A stretch of 64,000 nucleotides of DNA from Sulfolobaceae archaeon (GTDB lineage Archaea; Thermoproteota; Thermoprotei_A; Sulfolobales; Sulfolobaceae): positions 160,001-224,000 of the forward strand of contig JAWARQ010000001.1 of NCBI GenBank assembly GCA_038893355.1. Direction: 5' to 3'. A program made the translations under genes and the position numbers. Positions 1 through 9,717 of this stretch are shown here, piece by piece. The notes under the pieces are model-generated. The model ran no database searches. It saw only the letters and a list, made by a program, of their open reading frames with translations, and had not been told where the DNA came from. Position 1 is the stretch's first letter. Each line of letters opens with the position of its first letter.

Positions 1-143
1 ATGATAGAATTGTTGGTAATTTATTATTTTATGATGGAACTACACATTTGTCATTATTTAATATTCCTAAGTATATTAGGAAAGTATTAGATGAAGAAAA
101 AAGGATATCTACTGAATCTTCACCAATTTATACTCCAGCATAA
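1..143 (+). CDS. speE: Spermidine synthase, C-terminal end (partial at window edge)
   Basis: Frame from nt 3 reads DRIVGNLLFYDGTTHLSLFNIPKYIRKVLDEEKRISTESSPIYTPA*, resembling the crenarchaeal aminopropyltransferase C-terminus. Confidence 0.7.
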   Translation, partial: DRIVGNLLFYDGTTHLSLFNIPKYIRKVLDEEKRISTESSPIYTPA

Positions 144-173
144 CTTTTTAGTGAATTCCTCTTAAGAATACTT

Positions 174-283
174 GCCGGGGTGCCCGAGTGGTCTAAGGGG
201 GTGGGCTCGAGACCTTTTCCAGCGTGAGGCAAGAGACCCACTGCCTCTTCGGAGGCGCGCGGGTTCGAATCCCGCCCCCGGCG
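174..283 (+). tRNA. tRNA-Ser(CGA) with 24-nt intron (212-235) at position 37/38
   Basis: Acceptor GCCGGGG/CCCCGGC, anticodon stem GTGGG/CCCAC, CGA at 208-210, long variable arm, TTCGAAT T-loop, BHB-like junction. Confidence 0.95.
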
Positions 284-319
284 TTTATTTTAAATTTCCC
301 AAAGTTATATTCTTATTAT

Positions 320-419
320 GCGGGGGTGCCCGAGCCCGGTCAAAGGGGGCGGGCTTAAGACCCTAGCGTAAGGAACCCGTTGGCGTAGGCCTGCGTGGGT
401 TCGAATCCCACCCCCCGCA
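320..419 (+). tRNA. tRNA-Leu(TAA) with 15-nt intron (360-374)
   Basis: Acceptor GCGGGGG/CCCCCGC, TAA at 356-358, BHB central helix CTTA/TAAG, variable arm, TTCGAAT. Confidence 0.95.
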
Positions 420-473
420 TTATGTATAGTAAAACTTATTTTCTACTAATACATTACGCCTTACTTGAATCTT

Positions 474-791
474 ATGGTTAAGCATTCCAAAGGTTTAAGA
501 AGTAGATCTAGGGGTATTTTAAAAAAGAATGTTAGAGAGAGAGGTGCAATACCTAGATTAAGTTACTTAATGATAGATTATAAAGAAGGTGACAAAGTAA
601 TAATAAAAATTAATCCTTCTATTCATAATGGAATGCCTCATAGAAGATATCATGGGAAGGTTGGAACGATTTTAAGGAAAAGGGGAAGAGCTTATGAGGT
701 AAAGGTTAGATTAGGTGATAAGGATAAGATAATTATAGTTAGACCAGAACATTTAGTTCCGTTTCAAATTCAAACAGTAGAGGCGAAGTAG
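474..791 (+). CDS. rpl21e: 50S ribosomal protein L21e
   Basis: MVKHSKGLRSRSR...GMPHRRYHGKVG motif; start moved to ATG 474. Confidence 0.95.
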   Translation: MVKHSKGLRSRSRGILKKNVRERGAIPRLSYLMIDYKEGDKVIIKINPSIHNGMPHRRYHGKVGTILRKRGRAYEVKVRLGDKDKIIIVRPEHLVPFQIQTVEAK

Positions 792-795
792 TAGT

Positions 796-1146
796 ATGTC
801 TTCTTCATCAATAATTATATTGGAGGAGCATTACATACCATATTCAGTAGCAAGAAAGTTGTTAGAAGATGTGATAAAATCTGGGACTTCTTCTGCATTA
901 ATTCAGAGGACTTATGACTATTTATCTAGTATTGAAAAGTGTGATTTCTTAACTGCCCAGAAGATTATGGAAGAACTTAGTTCAATAAATGAATTGAGTG
1001 AAGAGTCAAGGGCTTTAATAGCTAGTTTATGTCCCTCATCAATTGATGAACTTAGGGCTATTTTAGTAATTGAAGGAAATAAATTCATACCTACTGAAGT
1101 TCTAGAGAAGATACTTGCAATTATAAATAAACATGTTAAGAAGTAA
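796..1146 (+). CDS. rpo4: RNA polymerase subunit Rpo4 (F)
   Basis: Size, sequence, conserved position after rpl21e. Confidence 0.9.
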   Translation: MSSSSIIILEEHYIPYSVARKLLEDVIKSGTSSALIQRTYDYLSSIEKCDFLTAQKIMEELSSINELSEESRALIASLCPSSIDELRAILVIEGNKFIPTEVLEKILAIINKHVKK

Positions 1147-1200
1147 GGTATCAGTTGAGATTATTACTTTTAGATACAGACTTATTTATTAGGGGTAAAT

Positions 1201-1854
1201 TTGCAGAGGAAAAGGCCAAGAGAGCGATATGTTTATGTACTAGATTATTTAAGGCAAGGAAATCCTATGGATAAGCATAAATTCCATAAGAATAAACCTA
1301 TTCTTCAGCTTCTAGGTGAGGATTATCTATTGCTACTTGAAGGCGTACCTACTATTTCAAACATCGATTTTCAACTAGAACAGAGAATAGACTTATTAAG
1401 TGATGAAATTCAAGTCGTTAAGATAGAAGTACCAATTACTTTTGAGGATTTAACTACTATGGCTAAGGATACTCTAAATAGGGTATTGATGAAAATTATA
1501 AATGAAAAAGAGAAGTTATTTGTAGAGTTTTTCAATAGGGCTGAACCATTAACGTTAAAGCTTCATGCACTAGAGCTACTTCCAGGGATAGGTAAGAAGA
1601 CTTTAAGGTTAGTATTAGAAGAGAGAAAAAAGAAACCTTTTGAAACTTATAAAGATATAGAGACTAGGGTTGGTATTAAAAACGTACAGAATATAATAAT
1701 GGAGAGAATTAAGAAAGAATTAGAAGGTAATGAAAAATACTATTTATTTGTATTCCCGATAATGGAATCTGAAAAGAAGGCAGGTGAGCTGGTTTACGTA
1801 GGTTATTTGGAAAAGCTAAGAAATATAATAAAAGATATGGGCAACATTTCTTAA
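1201..1854 (+). CDS. DUF655 family putative RNA-binding protein
   Basis: VLDYL, LHALELLPGIGKK helix-hairpin-helix motif; conserved context. Confidence 0.9.
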   Translation: MQRKRPRERYVYVLDYLRQGNPMDKHKFHKNKPILQLLGEDYLLLLEGVPTISNIDFQLEQRIDLLSDEIQVVKIEVPITFEDLTTMAKDTLNRVLMKIINEKEKLFVEFFNRAEPLTLKLHALELLPGIGKKTLRLVLEERKKKPFETYKDIETRVGIKNVQNIIMERIKKELEGNEKYYLFVFPIMESEKKAGELVYVGYLEKLRNIIKDMGNIS

Positions 1855-2489
1855 TAGATGATAGGATAGTTTATGATATAAAATCGTTAGTTTTACAGCA
1901 AGTAAGACCTATTATAGAAGTTGGTTGTGGTAAAGGTAATATTTCACGAATAATAAATCCTGATTTATGTATAGAAATAGATAATAAATTTATTAAATAT
2001 TTAAAAAATTATAATTTGATTTTAGCAGATGCACGTTTTTTACCAATTTTTCGTGGTCAAATTATTTCTTCACTACCCTTCTACATTACCTATGATTTCA
2101 TGTTAGAAGTTTCTTCTCTATCTAAGATAAGTTATTTAGTTCTTATTCTTCAAAAGGATTTTGTTTATAAGATACTTAAAAAACCTACTTTTATTTCATA
2201 TTTATTAAATTATTATTATAAAATTAATTTAATAAAAATAATTCCTCCTAGTTGTTTTGAGCCAAGACCAAAAGTGTTTTCAGCTCTAGTTACAATGCGA
2301 AGAATCAGAGAATATCGTGACACTAAAGTAGAAGAGGTTCTTAGGTGTTTAAGCAGATATAAGAATAAAAGTTTAAGAAAAGCTAGTAAGCTTTGTGGTC
2401 TCATTAGTAATGATGATAGAAAGGTTGAGGAATATCCTCCATGGGAGGTAATAGAGTTATTGAATTCAGTGGGATTAAAATCTGTTTAA
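1794..2489 (+). CDS. ksgA: 16S rRNA adenine dimethyltransferase KsgA; start uncertain (non-canonical)
   Basis: Frame open from 1788 contains GQHFL and EVGCGKG upstream of the ORF-track start at 2016; SLPF and F-x-PRPKV motifs. Confidence 0.85.
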   Translation, partial: LRRLFGKAKKYNKRYGQHFLIDDRIVYDIKSLVLQQVRPIIEVGCGKGNISRIINPDLCIEIDNKFIKYLKNYNLILADARFLPIFRGQIISSLPFYITYDFMLEVSSLSKISYLVLILQKDFVYKILKKPTFISYLLNYYYKINLIKIIPPSCFEPRPKVFSALVTMRRIREYRDTKVEEVLRCLSRYKNKSLRKASKLCGLISNDDRKVEEYPPWEVIELLNSVGLKSV

Positions 2490-3046
2490 ATGAATTTACA
2501 TACGAGCCAGCAGAAGATACTAAGATTCTTCTAGATATGATTAACGTTAAGCTTAACGAGAAAGTTATTGATTTAGGAAGTGGTTCTGGAATACTAGGCA
2601 TTAAAGCATTATTAAGTGGCGGTAAAGTTATTTTCATTGATATTAATCCCTATGCTACAGAAGCTACACTTTGCTCATTAAGGATAAATAAGCTAGATGG
2701 AGAAATTATTAATTGTGATTTACTAAGTTGTTTAAGAGAATACAAATTTGATACTATAATATTTAACCCACCGTATTTGCCATATTCGGAGCTAAGTAAC
2801 TGGTTAGGTTATAGTTGGTCTGGAGGTAAAGGTGGTATAGAAGTTATTGAAAGATTTTTAATGAGCGCTAATTCTAAAAGAATATATCTCGTATACTCTA
2901 CACTTTCTGATTATGAGAAAGTAGAGAGAATACTGAATTATAAGGGATATAATATTATTAAGAAGAGGGAAGTAACTATAGGATTTGAGACTATAATAGG
3001 TATTGAGGCTGTTAAAGATGATAAGAGTAATCTTAGTAGAACCTGA
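2441..3046 (+). CDS. HemK2/PrmC family glutamine methyltransferase
   Basis: YEPAEDT, DLGSGSG, NPPY motifs. Confidence 0.9.
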   Translation: MGGNRVIEFSGIKICLNEFTYEPAEDTKILLDMINVKLNEKVIDLGSGSGILGIKALLSGGKVIFIDINPYATEATLCSLRINKLDGEIINCDLLSCLREYKFDTIIFNPPYLPYSELSNWLGYSWSGGKGGIEVIERFLMSANSKRIYLVYSTLSDYEKVERILNYKGYNIIKKREVTIGFETIIGIEAVKDDKSNLSRT

Positions 3047-3731
3047 GGGGGCATATAACGTAGGTTTCGTAGCTAGATTATGTAAGAACTTTGAGGTAAA
3101 TGAATTATATTTAGTTAGACCTAAAATAAACATTGAAGAAGCTATAAGATTTTCAGCTAAAGGAAGGGAGATTTTAGAGCGTGCAAGAATTGTAAATAGT
3201 TATGAAGAAGCTATATCAGATCTGGATTTAAAAATAGCTACATCAAGTATAGCTGATAATGAGGGTGATGTATTAAGAAGCTCAATTAAACCTTGGGAAT
3301 TAGTCAATCTTATAGACGATAAAAAGAGAGTGGGCTTAATATTCGGTAGAGAGAGTGTAGGTTTAACTCGTGACGAAATATATAAGGCAGATTTTTTACT
3401 ATTTATTCCTGCAAATCCTTCCTATCCTGTATTAAATTTATCTCATGCAGTAGGAATAATATTATATGAAATCTGGAAGAATAAAAATAGTAAAAATACT
3501 ATTGAATTATCTTCAGAATATATATCTTTAATAACTAAATATATAGAATTAATAGTTAATAATATAATAAGCTCTAAAGAACAAAAAGAGATTATGTTTA
3601 CTGCATTAAAAAGAACGATAATTAGAGGCTTAATAAATAATAATGATGCTAAGCATATTGTAAGATTCTTACGTAAGTTATATGTAAGACTTAGTAAGGA
3701 TCAGAGAGTTTTATTAGATAGTGAGAAGTAG
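3018..3731 (+). CDS. trmJ: tRNA 2'-O-methyltransferase, TrmJ family (SPOUT)
   Basis: VEPEGAYNVG, FGRESVGL, YPVLNLSHAV. Confidence 0.9.
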   Translation: MIRVILVEPEGAYNVGFVARLCKNFEVNELYLVRPKINIEEAIRFSAKGREILERARIVNSYEEAISDLDLKIATSSIADNEGDVLRSSIKPWELVNLIDDKKRVGLIFGRESVGLTRDEIYKADFLLFIPANPSYPVLNLSHAVGIILYEIWKNKNSKNTIELSSEYISLITKYIELIVNNIISSKEQKEIMFTALKRTIIRGLINNNDAKHIVRFLRKLYVRLSKDQRVLLDSEK

Positions 3732-3743
3732 TAATAATCAACT

Positions 3744-4352
3744 ATGTCATCACAACAGAAAGGTTCAGCAATCAAGGATAAATGGAAGATGAAGAAATGG
3801 TTTACAGTACAAGCTCCTAAGATATTTGGAGAGGTAAGTTTAGGTTCTATTCCTGCATTTAGTGTTGAGTCAACTATAAATAGAAAGGTAGAGACTACAT
3901 TATATGATTTAACTGGCGATTTTAACTTAGTTCATGTAAAATTATATTTTAAAATTATTGGAAACTCTGGCGATAAGTTACTTACAATATTCTATGGTCA
4001 TGAATTATCGAGAGATTATATTAGATCTCTAATCAGAAGAAAGAGTTCAAAAATAGATGCTATAGCAGATATTACCACTAAAGACGGATTTACTTTAAGA
4101 ATAAAAGGTCTAGTACTTACAACTTATAGGATTCATCATTCACAAAAGACTGCTATAAGAAAGATTATTTGGGATATAATAAGATCTAGGCAAGAAAAAG
4201 GTTTTGATGAGGTAGTACAAGATATGATATTTGGAAATATGAGTAATGAAATTTTTGAAAAAGCTAAGAAGATTTGTCCTATAAGAAAGGCGGAAATAGA
4301 AAAGTCTAAAATACTATCCATACCTTCTACCCTCTTTGCTGGAGGAAAGTAA
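3744..4352 (+). CDS. rps3ae: 30S ribosomal protein S3ae
   Basis: KDKWKMKKWF...RDYIRSLIRRKSSK. Confidence 0.95.
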   Translation: MSSQQKGSAIKDKWKMKKWFTVQAPKIFGEVSLGSIPAFSVESTINRKVETTLYDLTGDFNLVHVKLYFKIIGNSGDKLLTIFYGHELSRDYIRSLIRRKSSKIDAIADITTKDGFTLRIKGLVLTTYRIHHSQKTAIRKIIWDIIRSRQEKGFDEVVQDMIFGNMSNEIFEKAKKICPIRKAEIEKSKILSIPSTLFAGGK

Positions 4353-4356
4353 GTCC

Positions 4357-5577
4357 GTGAAAGCCATAATTTTAGCAGCAGGTAAGGGTGAAAGATTAGA
4401 ACCTATAACTCATACGAGACCTAAAGTTTTTGTTCCAGTACTCAGTAAATCATTAATTGAATATTTAATAGAAATTTTACGAAAATACGTTGATGATATT
4501 ATAATTGTTATATCTAGATTTCAAGAAGATTATTTTAAGAAACTTGAAAATGTAAAATTAGTATTTCAGGATTTAAATGAAAAAGGGACCGCTGCCGCCT
4601 TAAAAGCTACTGAAAGTTATGTTACTAATGGTGAAGAATTTTTAGTTATTTATGGCGATATTTTTTTTGAAGAAAGTTTAATATCAAAATTAGTTTCTCT
4701 TAATGCTTCAAATGTAATTGTGGGCGTAAAGGTAAAAGATCCTAGGGATTATGGTGTGATATTATCTAATCAAGAAGGAGAACTTATTAACATTATAGAA
4801 AAGCCTAAGAGTGAATATTTCTTAGAATCTACTTTAGTAAATTCAGGAATATATAAATTAAACTATGATATATTCCATTATATAGATAAAATTTCATATT
4901 CCCCAAGGGGCGAGTTAGAATTAACTGATGCATTGGTACTATTAGGTAAAGATAAAAAAGTTAAGATAATGGAATACTCTGGAACTTGGATGGATGTAGG
5001 GAAACCTTGGCAGGTAATAGATTTAAATAAGATAGTCTTAGATTCTATTAGTAGCTCTAAAATAATGGGTGAATTAGAAGAGAATGTAAGAATAAAAGGT
5101 AAGGTGATTATAGAGGAAGGTGCAAGAGTTAAGTCTGGAACTTATATAGAAGGACCAGTATATATAGGTAAAAATAGCGAGGTAGGTCCAAATGCATATA
5201 TTAGACCATACTCAGTAATAGGTAAGAATGTTAAAATTGGCTCATTCGTAGAAGTAAAGGAGTCTATAATAATGGATGAAGCTAAAGTACCACATTTAAG
5301 TTATGTAGGTGATTCAGTAATTTGCGAGAATGTAAATCTAGGTGCAGGTACTATTATAGCCAATCTAAGGTTTGACAGAAGGGAGATTATGATGAATATA
5401 AAAGGAGAAAGAGTTTCTACTGGCAGGATAAAATTCGGTGCAGTTATAGGCGGTTTTGCACAAACTGGCATAAATGTTTCTATCTTACCTGGGGTTAAAA
5501 TTGGAGCTTATGCAATTATATACCCAGGAGTTACTGTTAAACGGGATGTGGGATATAAGGAAATTGTTAAGTTTTAG
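4357..5577 (+). CDS. glmU: Bifunctional sugar-1-phosphate nucleotidyltransferase/acetyltransferase (GlmU-like)
   Basis: ILAAGKGERL...RPK domain plus hexapeptide beta-helix with HLSYVGDS. Confidence 0.9.
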   Translation: MKAIILAAGKGERLEPITHTRPKVFVPVLSKSLIEYLIEILRKYVDDIIIVISRFQEDYFKKLENVKLVFQDLNEKGTAAALKATESYVTNGEEFLVIYGDIFFEESLISKLVSLNASNVIVGVKVKDPRDYGVILSNQEGELINIIEKPKSEYFLESTLVNSGIYKLNYDIFHYIDKISYSPRGELELTDALVLLGKDKKVKIMEYSGTWMDVGKPWQVIDLNKIVLDSISSSKIMGELEENVRIKGKVIIEEGARVKSGTYIEGPVYIGKNSEVGPNAYIRPYSVIGKNVKIGSFVEVKESIIMDEAKVPHLSYVGDSVICENVNLGAGTIIANLRFDRREIMMNIKGERVSTGRIKFGAVIGGFAQTGINVSILPGVKIGAYAIIYPGVTVKRDVGYKEIVKF

Positions 5578-6781
5578 CAGTTGATGAAACTATTTTTATA
5601 ACATCTAAATTCTTTAGCCTATACTCTTCTCCTATCCTTAATCTCCTTCTAACATCAATTGCATAGAGAAAGCCTTTAGCAAGCTCTGTATGTATGATCT
5701 CTGCTAAATCACGAGGCGATGAATTACTTTTAATTAATAAAGCATCTGGTAATACATTTCCTTCTTTATCACTTAATTTTTTCTCATCCTCAACTGGGAA
5801 GACAACTAGCATTTGTAGAACGTCAAATACCGCAGTATTTATTGCATCTTGAACTCCAGTTGAACCGTATACATCTAAAACTTTTTCTTTAATATAATTT
5901 AATATATTTAATTGTTTCTCGTTTAAACTTTTTAAAATTTTAAAATCTTTTTCTCCAGGGATATATTTAATGTATCCTGCATTAGAAGCTTTCCTTAATA
6001 CTAATTCTGAAATCGCACTAGTAGGCACTACATACTTGTACTTCTCTTTCATTTTTCTAATGAAATCTTTTGAAATTTCCACATCACATTTATTTGCCGC
6101 TATTAAAATTGGTTTTGAAACTTCTCTAATTTTCTTACTAAACTTTCTTAAATCTTCTTCACTCCATTGCATAAACTTAATACTTTCTAACTTAGTCTGT
6201 TTTAATGCTTCCATTATATGCATCTTATTTATCGAAAGCCCAGAAAGTTTTGATAAGAGTGCATCTACTGGATCTTTACTTGATAAATCAGCACTTCTAG
6301 CAAATTTTTGCCAATCTTTACTCACTATAGAATAAAACCATTCATCTATCTCACTTTCTACAAAAGTAATATCTTCTAAAGGATCTCTAGAGCCTGGCGG
6401 TAAAGGATTTCCATCTTCAGATGTAGATCCACTAGCATCAACTACATGAATAAGTACATCAGCCTTTCTTAATTCATCTAAAAACTTATTACCAAGCCCC
6501 CTACCCTTATGAGCTCCTGGGATTAAGCCTGGAACGTCGATTAACTTGATTGGTATAAATCTAAAACCTTCTATACATGCAGAATTCTTTGGATTACATT
6601 TTACACCGAATTCTTCATGTACACATTTAATCTTCACATATCCTATCCCTATATTAGGCGAAAGGGTAACAAATGGTCTATTTTCTATTGGCACATCAAT
6701 TAAAGTGGCTGCAGAGAAGAATGTACTTTTTCCTACATTTGTCTTTCCTATTATTCCTACACTTAACAATGATTGTTGCAT
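5567..6781 (-). CDS. ychF: Obg-family YchF-like NTPase with TGS domain
   Basis: GKTNVGKST, DVPGLIPGAHKGRGLGNKFL, ANKCD. Confidence 0.9.
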   Translation of the reverse strand: MQQSLLSVGIIGKTNVGKSTFFSAATLIDVPIENRPFVTLSPNIGIGYVKIKCVHEEFGVKCNPKNSACIEGFRFIPIKLIDVPGLIPGAHKGRGLGNKFLDELRKADVLIHVVDASGSTSEDGNPLPPGSRDPLEDITFVESEIDEWFYSIVSKDWQKFARSADLSSKDPVDALLSKLSGLSINKMHIMEALKQTKLESIKFMQWSEEDLRKFSKKIREVSKPILIAANKCDVEISKDFIRKMKEKYKYVVPTSAISELVLRKASNAGYIKYIPGEKDFKILKSLNEKQLNILNYIKEKVLDVYGSTGVQDAINTAVFDVLQMLVVFPVEDEKKLSDKEGNVLPDALLIKSNSSPRDLAEIIHTELAKGFLYAIDVRRRLRIGEEYRLKNLDVIKIVSSTAKT

Positions 6782-6855
6782 GTTTTCTTCTAAATATTAA
6801 TTACTCACCTCACTTTTATTAAGCAGATTCTATAACTACTATCTAGTGGCAATGA

Positions 6856-7503
6856 ATGGCATTATCAATGTATCACTATATTAAAGAAACATGGAAAAGC
6901 GAGGAAGAAAAAAGATTACTTAGGCTTAAAATGATAGAGTGGAGAAGAGAGCCAACTATTGTAAGGATTGATAAACCAACAAGATTAGATAGGGCAAGGG
7001 AGATGGGCTATAAGGCTAAGCAAGGATTTATTGTTGTAAGAGTAAAGGTCAGGAAAGGGGGTTTAAACAGACCGAGACCTAGAAGTGGTAGAAGGCCCAA
7101 GAGAATGGGCGTAGAAGGTTACTCGCCAGGTAAGTCTGCTAGATGGATAGCAGAGGAAAGAGCACAAAGAAAATATCCAAATCTAGAAGTATTAGGAAGT
7201 TATTACGTAGCAGAAGATGGTATGTATAAGTATTATGAAGTAATACTAGTAGATCCTAATCATCCCGTTATAAAGAGTGATCCAGAATTAAAATGGTTAC
7301 AAGATCCTACTAATAGACATAGAGTATTTAGAGGTCTAACTTCACCAGGGAAGAAGGCTAGAGGATTATTAAAGAGTAGGGGTCTAAAGTACACTGTTAA
7401 GCATAAATGGAAAAAGAAGATGAGAGAGAGAAAAGCTAAGAAGCGTCATGAAGCCTCCAAATATTATAGACTCCAGAATTATGAAAAGATCCCAGGAAAG
7501 TAA
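6856..7503 (+). CDS. rpl15e: 50S ribosomal protein L15e
   Basis: [25 protein letters not shown]. Confidence 0.95.
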   Translation: MALSMYHYIKETWKSEEEKRLLRLKMIEWRREPTIVRIDKPTRLDRAREMGYKAKQGFIVVRVKVRKGGLNRPRPRSGRRPKRMGVEGYSPGKSARWIAEERAQRKYPNLEVLGSYYVAEDGMYKYYEVILVDPNHPVIKSDPELKWLQDPTNRHRVFRGLTSPGKKARGLLKSRGLKYTVKHKWKKKMRERKAKKRHEASKYYRLQNYEKIPGK

Positions 7504-7504
7504 A

Positions 7505-7948
7505 ATGAAGGTTAAAAATTTACATATATCTGTTTTTTCTCATGAAACTGAAAATTTAGATAAGATTCAAAGTTCGATTGAAAGTAATATTCTTTCTGAT
7601 TTTTTCCCATATGTGGAGAAAAATATAACAGAGGTTACTGGGCATTATGGTAATAGAATAAAAATATTGGAATATAAGGTGCTTGATAAAGTTGCAAATG
7701 AAGTGTTCTTTAAGATTCTAAATAATTTAAGCTTAACAGATTTAATATATTTATTATCAACATTAGAAGATAGATTCAGTAAGGGAAAATTATATCTTAG
7801 GCTAGATAAACAACAACTTATTCTTAATAATATCACTTTAAAAGATGGGGATGACGTAGTTAAGGTAACAGTAAGTATAATAGGTGGTAAACAAGCGCTT
7901 AGTGAGAAGTTGAAAGAAATTGTTAATAGTAGAAGCTTGCGTACTTAG
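7505..7948 (+). CDS. Exosome-operon-associated RNA-binding protein
   Basis: HETE, GHYGN, LYLRLDKQ motifs; position after rpl15e. Confidence 0.8.
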   Translation: MKVKNLHISVFSHETENLDKIQSSIESNILSDFFPYVEKNITEVTGHYGNRIKILEYKVLDKVANEVFFKILNNLSLTDLIYLLSTLEDRFSKGKLYLRLDKQQLILNNITLKDGDDVVKVTVSIIGGKQALSEKLKEIVNSRSLRT

Positions 7949-8474
7949 TCATGAGCTTATTCCTATATTAAAAAAAGTAGGATATGATATAGGAATAATA
8001 GAAGGTAATAAAAATTTATTAAGTAGAAAAACAATAGAAGTAAAAGATGATAATATTTTGTCTTCTTTCTTGAGATCAAGCAAAAAGTTTAAGGGAATTA
8101 TAGTTGTTAAACCATTATCTATATCTACTTTAAGATATTCAATATTATCTAAACAAGTAAAGATGTTGCAATTTGATGATGAGAACGCACATCTCTTAAA
8201 GAAGAACATGATAAATTTATTAAAAAATAAAGAAAAATATATTGAAATAAATTTAAATAAGATCTCATTTTTTAATTTATATAAAATTTTATTGAATTTT
8301 AAAATACATAGAAATATAATTTTATCAGCATGTGCTAAGCATTACTCTGAAATATGGCCTCCTCTATCTAAACTTAATTATGTTTCAATTATTGGAATTC
8401 CTGAAGAACTAGGAATACAATGGATTTTTTTAAATCCTAATAGACTTATCATTAGTGTTTCAAGAGGTTATTAA
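7920..8474 (+). CDS. rnp3: RNase P subunit Rpp30
   Basis: Context before pop5; divergent sequence. Confidence 0.7.
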   Translation: MLIVEACVLSHELIPILKKVGYDIGIIEGNKNLLSRKTIEVKDDNILSSFLRSSKKFKGIIVVKPLSISTLRYSILSKQVKMLQFDDENAHLLKKNMINLLKNKEKYIEINLNKISFFNLYKILLNFKIHRNIILSACAKHYSEIWPPLSKLNYVSIIGIPEELGIQWIFLNPNRLIISVSRGY

Positions 8475-8886
8475 TATAATAATATTCGCATGGCTTTTTA
8501 TTCTAACTATTTTCATCTTTTTCATTAGAGATAAAATTAAAATAAGAAAATTTTTTTTAAATAAAAATTATAAATCTAAAAGATACATAATATTCTCAGT
8601 AATAGTAGAGGATTCTAAAATAACTAGAGACGAAATAGAGGAGTGTATTAGATATTCTGTTAAAGAATTATTGGGAAAAGTATGGCTAGAATTATCGAAT
8701 CCAAAAGTAATATATTTTAGAGAAGATACGTATGAAGGAGTAATCTCCACTAATAGGATAGGCTATAAAGTTGTTTTAGCAAGTATGCCATTATGTAAGG
8801 AAATAAGAGGAAAAAAGGTTCTTATATTTTCTAGAAAAATTACCGGTAGTTTAAAAAGAGCTAGAAAAGAAATAGGAATAGGATGA
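8455..8886 (+). CDS. rnp2: RNase P subunit Pop5/Rpp14
   Basis: KRYIIF, SVKELLG, TGSLKRA motifs. Confidence 0.9.
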   Translation: MFQEVINIIIFAWLFILTIFIFFIRDKIKIRKFFLNKNYKSKRYIIFSVIVEDSKITRDEIEECIRYSVKELLGKVWLELSNPKVIYFREDTYEGVISTNRIGYKVVLASMPLCKEIRGKKVLIFSRKITGSLKRARKEIGIG

Positions 8887-8932
8887 TGAAGCCGCTCCAG
8901 ACTGTATTATGATGTTCTCTGCGACGAGCTGA
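8883..8932 (+). ncRNA. Box C/D methylation-guide sRNA
   Basis: C box ATGATGA 8883-8889, D' CTGT 8902-8905, C' ATGATGT 8909-8915, D CTGA 8929-8932; 12-13 nt guides. Confidence 0.8.
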
Positions 8933-8982
8933 GAGAATAACACTTTTTAAATACGAAATCAGAGGTGTAACTGGGATATAAG

Positions 8983-9708
8983 TTGGCATTTGGACCAGCT
9001 GCAATGGGTTATGATAGAGCAATAACAATATTTTCACCAGATGGTTCCCTATACCAAGTAGATTATGCATTTGAAGCTGTAAAGAAAGGATGGACAACAT
9101 TAGGAGTAAGAACTAAAAGCGGAGTGGTAATTGTTGCGGAAAAGAGAAGAACATCGCAATTACTTGATATTGATAGCATAGAGAAGATATTTTTGCTAGA
9201 TGACCATATTGGTTGTAGTTTTGCAGGTTTAGCATCTGATGGTAGAATGCTTATAGATTATGCGAGATCTTTAGCACTTCAGCATAGATTAATATACGAT
9301 GAACCTATTTCCGTAGATTATTTAACTAAATCTATCTCAGATTTAAAACAAGTTTATACTCAGCATGGTGGCGTTAGACCTTTTGGTGTTTCATTAATTA
9401 TCGGTGGTGTTGATAAGAGTGGGCCAAAATTAATGATGACAGAGCCAAGTGGGCAATATATGCCATATTATGCAGTTGCGATTGGACAAGGTGGTTATGT
9501 TGCAACAGAATTTTTAGAGAAGAATTATAGGGCAGACTTAAGTCTACAGGATACTTTAATATTAGCAATAAGGGCATTAATGGCAACTTTAAAGCCAGGA
9601 GAAAAGTTACTTCCATCAAATGCAGAAATAGGTTACATTTCAGTAGAGAAGCAAGTATTTAGGAAATTATCTAATGAGGAGAAGCTAGAATTTTTACAGA
9701 AAGTTTAA
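8983..9708 (+). CDS. psmA: Proteasome alpha subunit
   Basis: GYDRAITIFSPDGSLYQVDYA. Confidence 0.97.
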   Translation: MAFGPAAMGYDRAITIFSPDGSLYQVDYAFEAVKKGWTTLGVRTKSGVVIVAEKRRTSQLLDIDSIEKIFLLDDHIGCSFAGLASDGRMLIDYARSLALQHRLIYDEPISVDYLTKSISDLKQVYTQHGGVRPFGVSLIIGGVDKSGPKLMMTEPSGQYMPYYAVAIGQGGYVATEFLEKNYRADLSLQDTLILAIRALMATLKPGEKLLPSNAEIGYISVEKQVFRKLSNEEKLEFLQKV

Positions 9709-9717
9709 GGTGATATA

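Noticed and set aside
172-366. 64-aa ORF
   Set aside because: Lies over tRNA-Ser and tRNA-Leu
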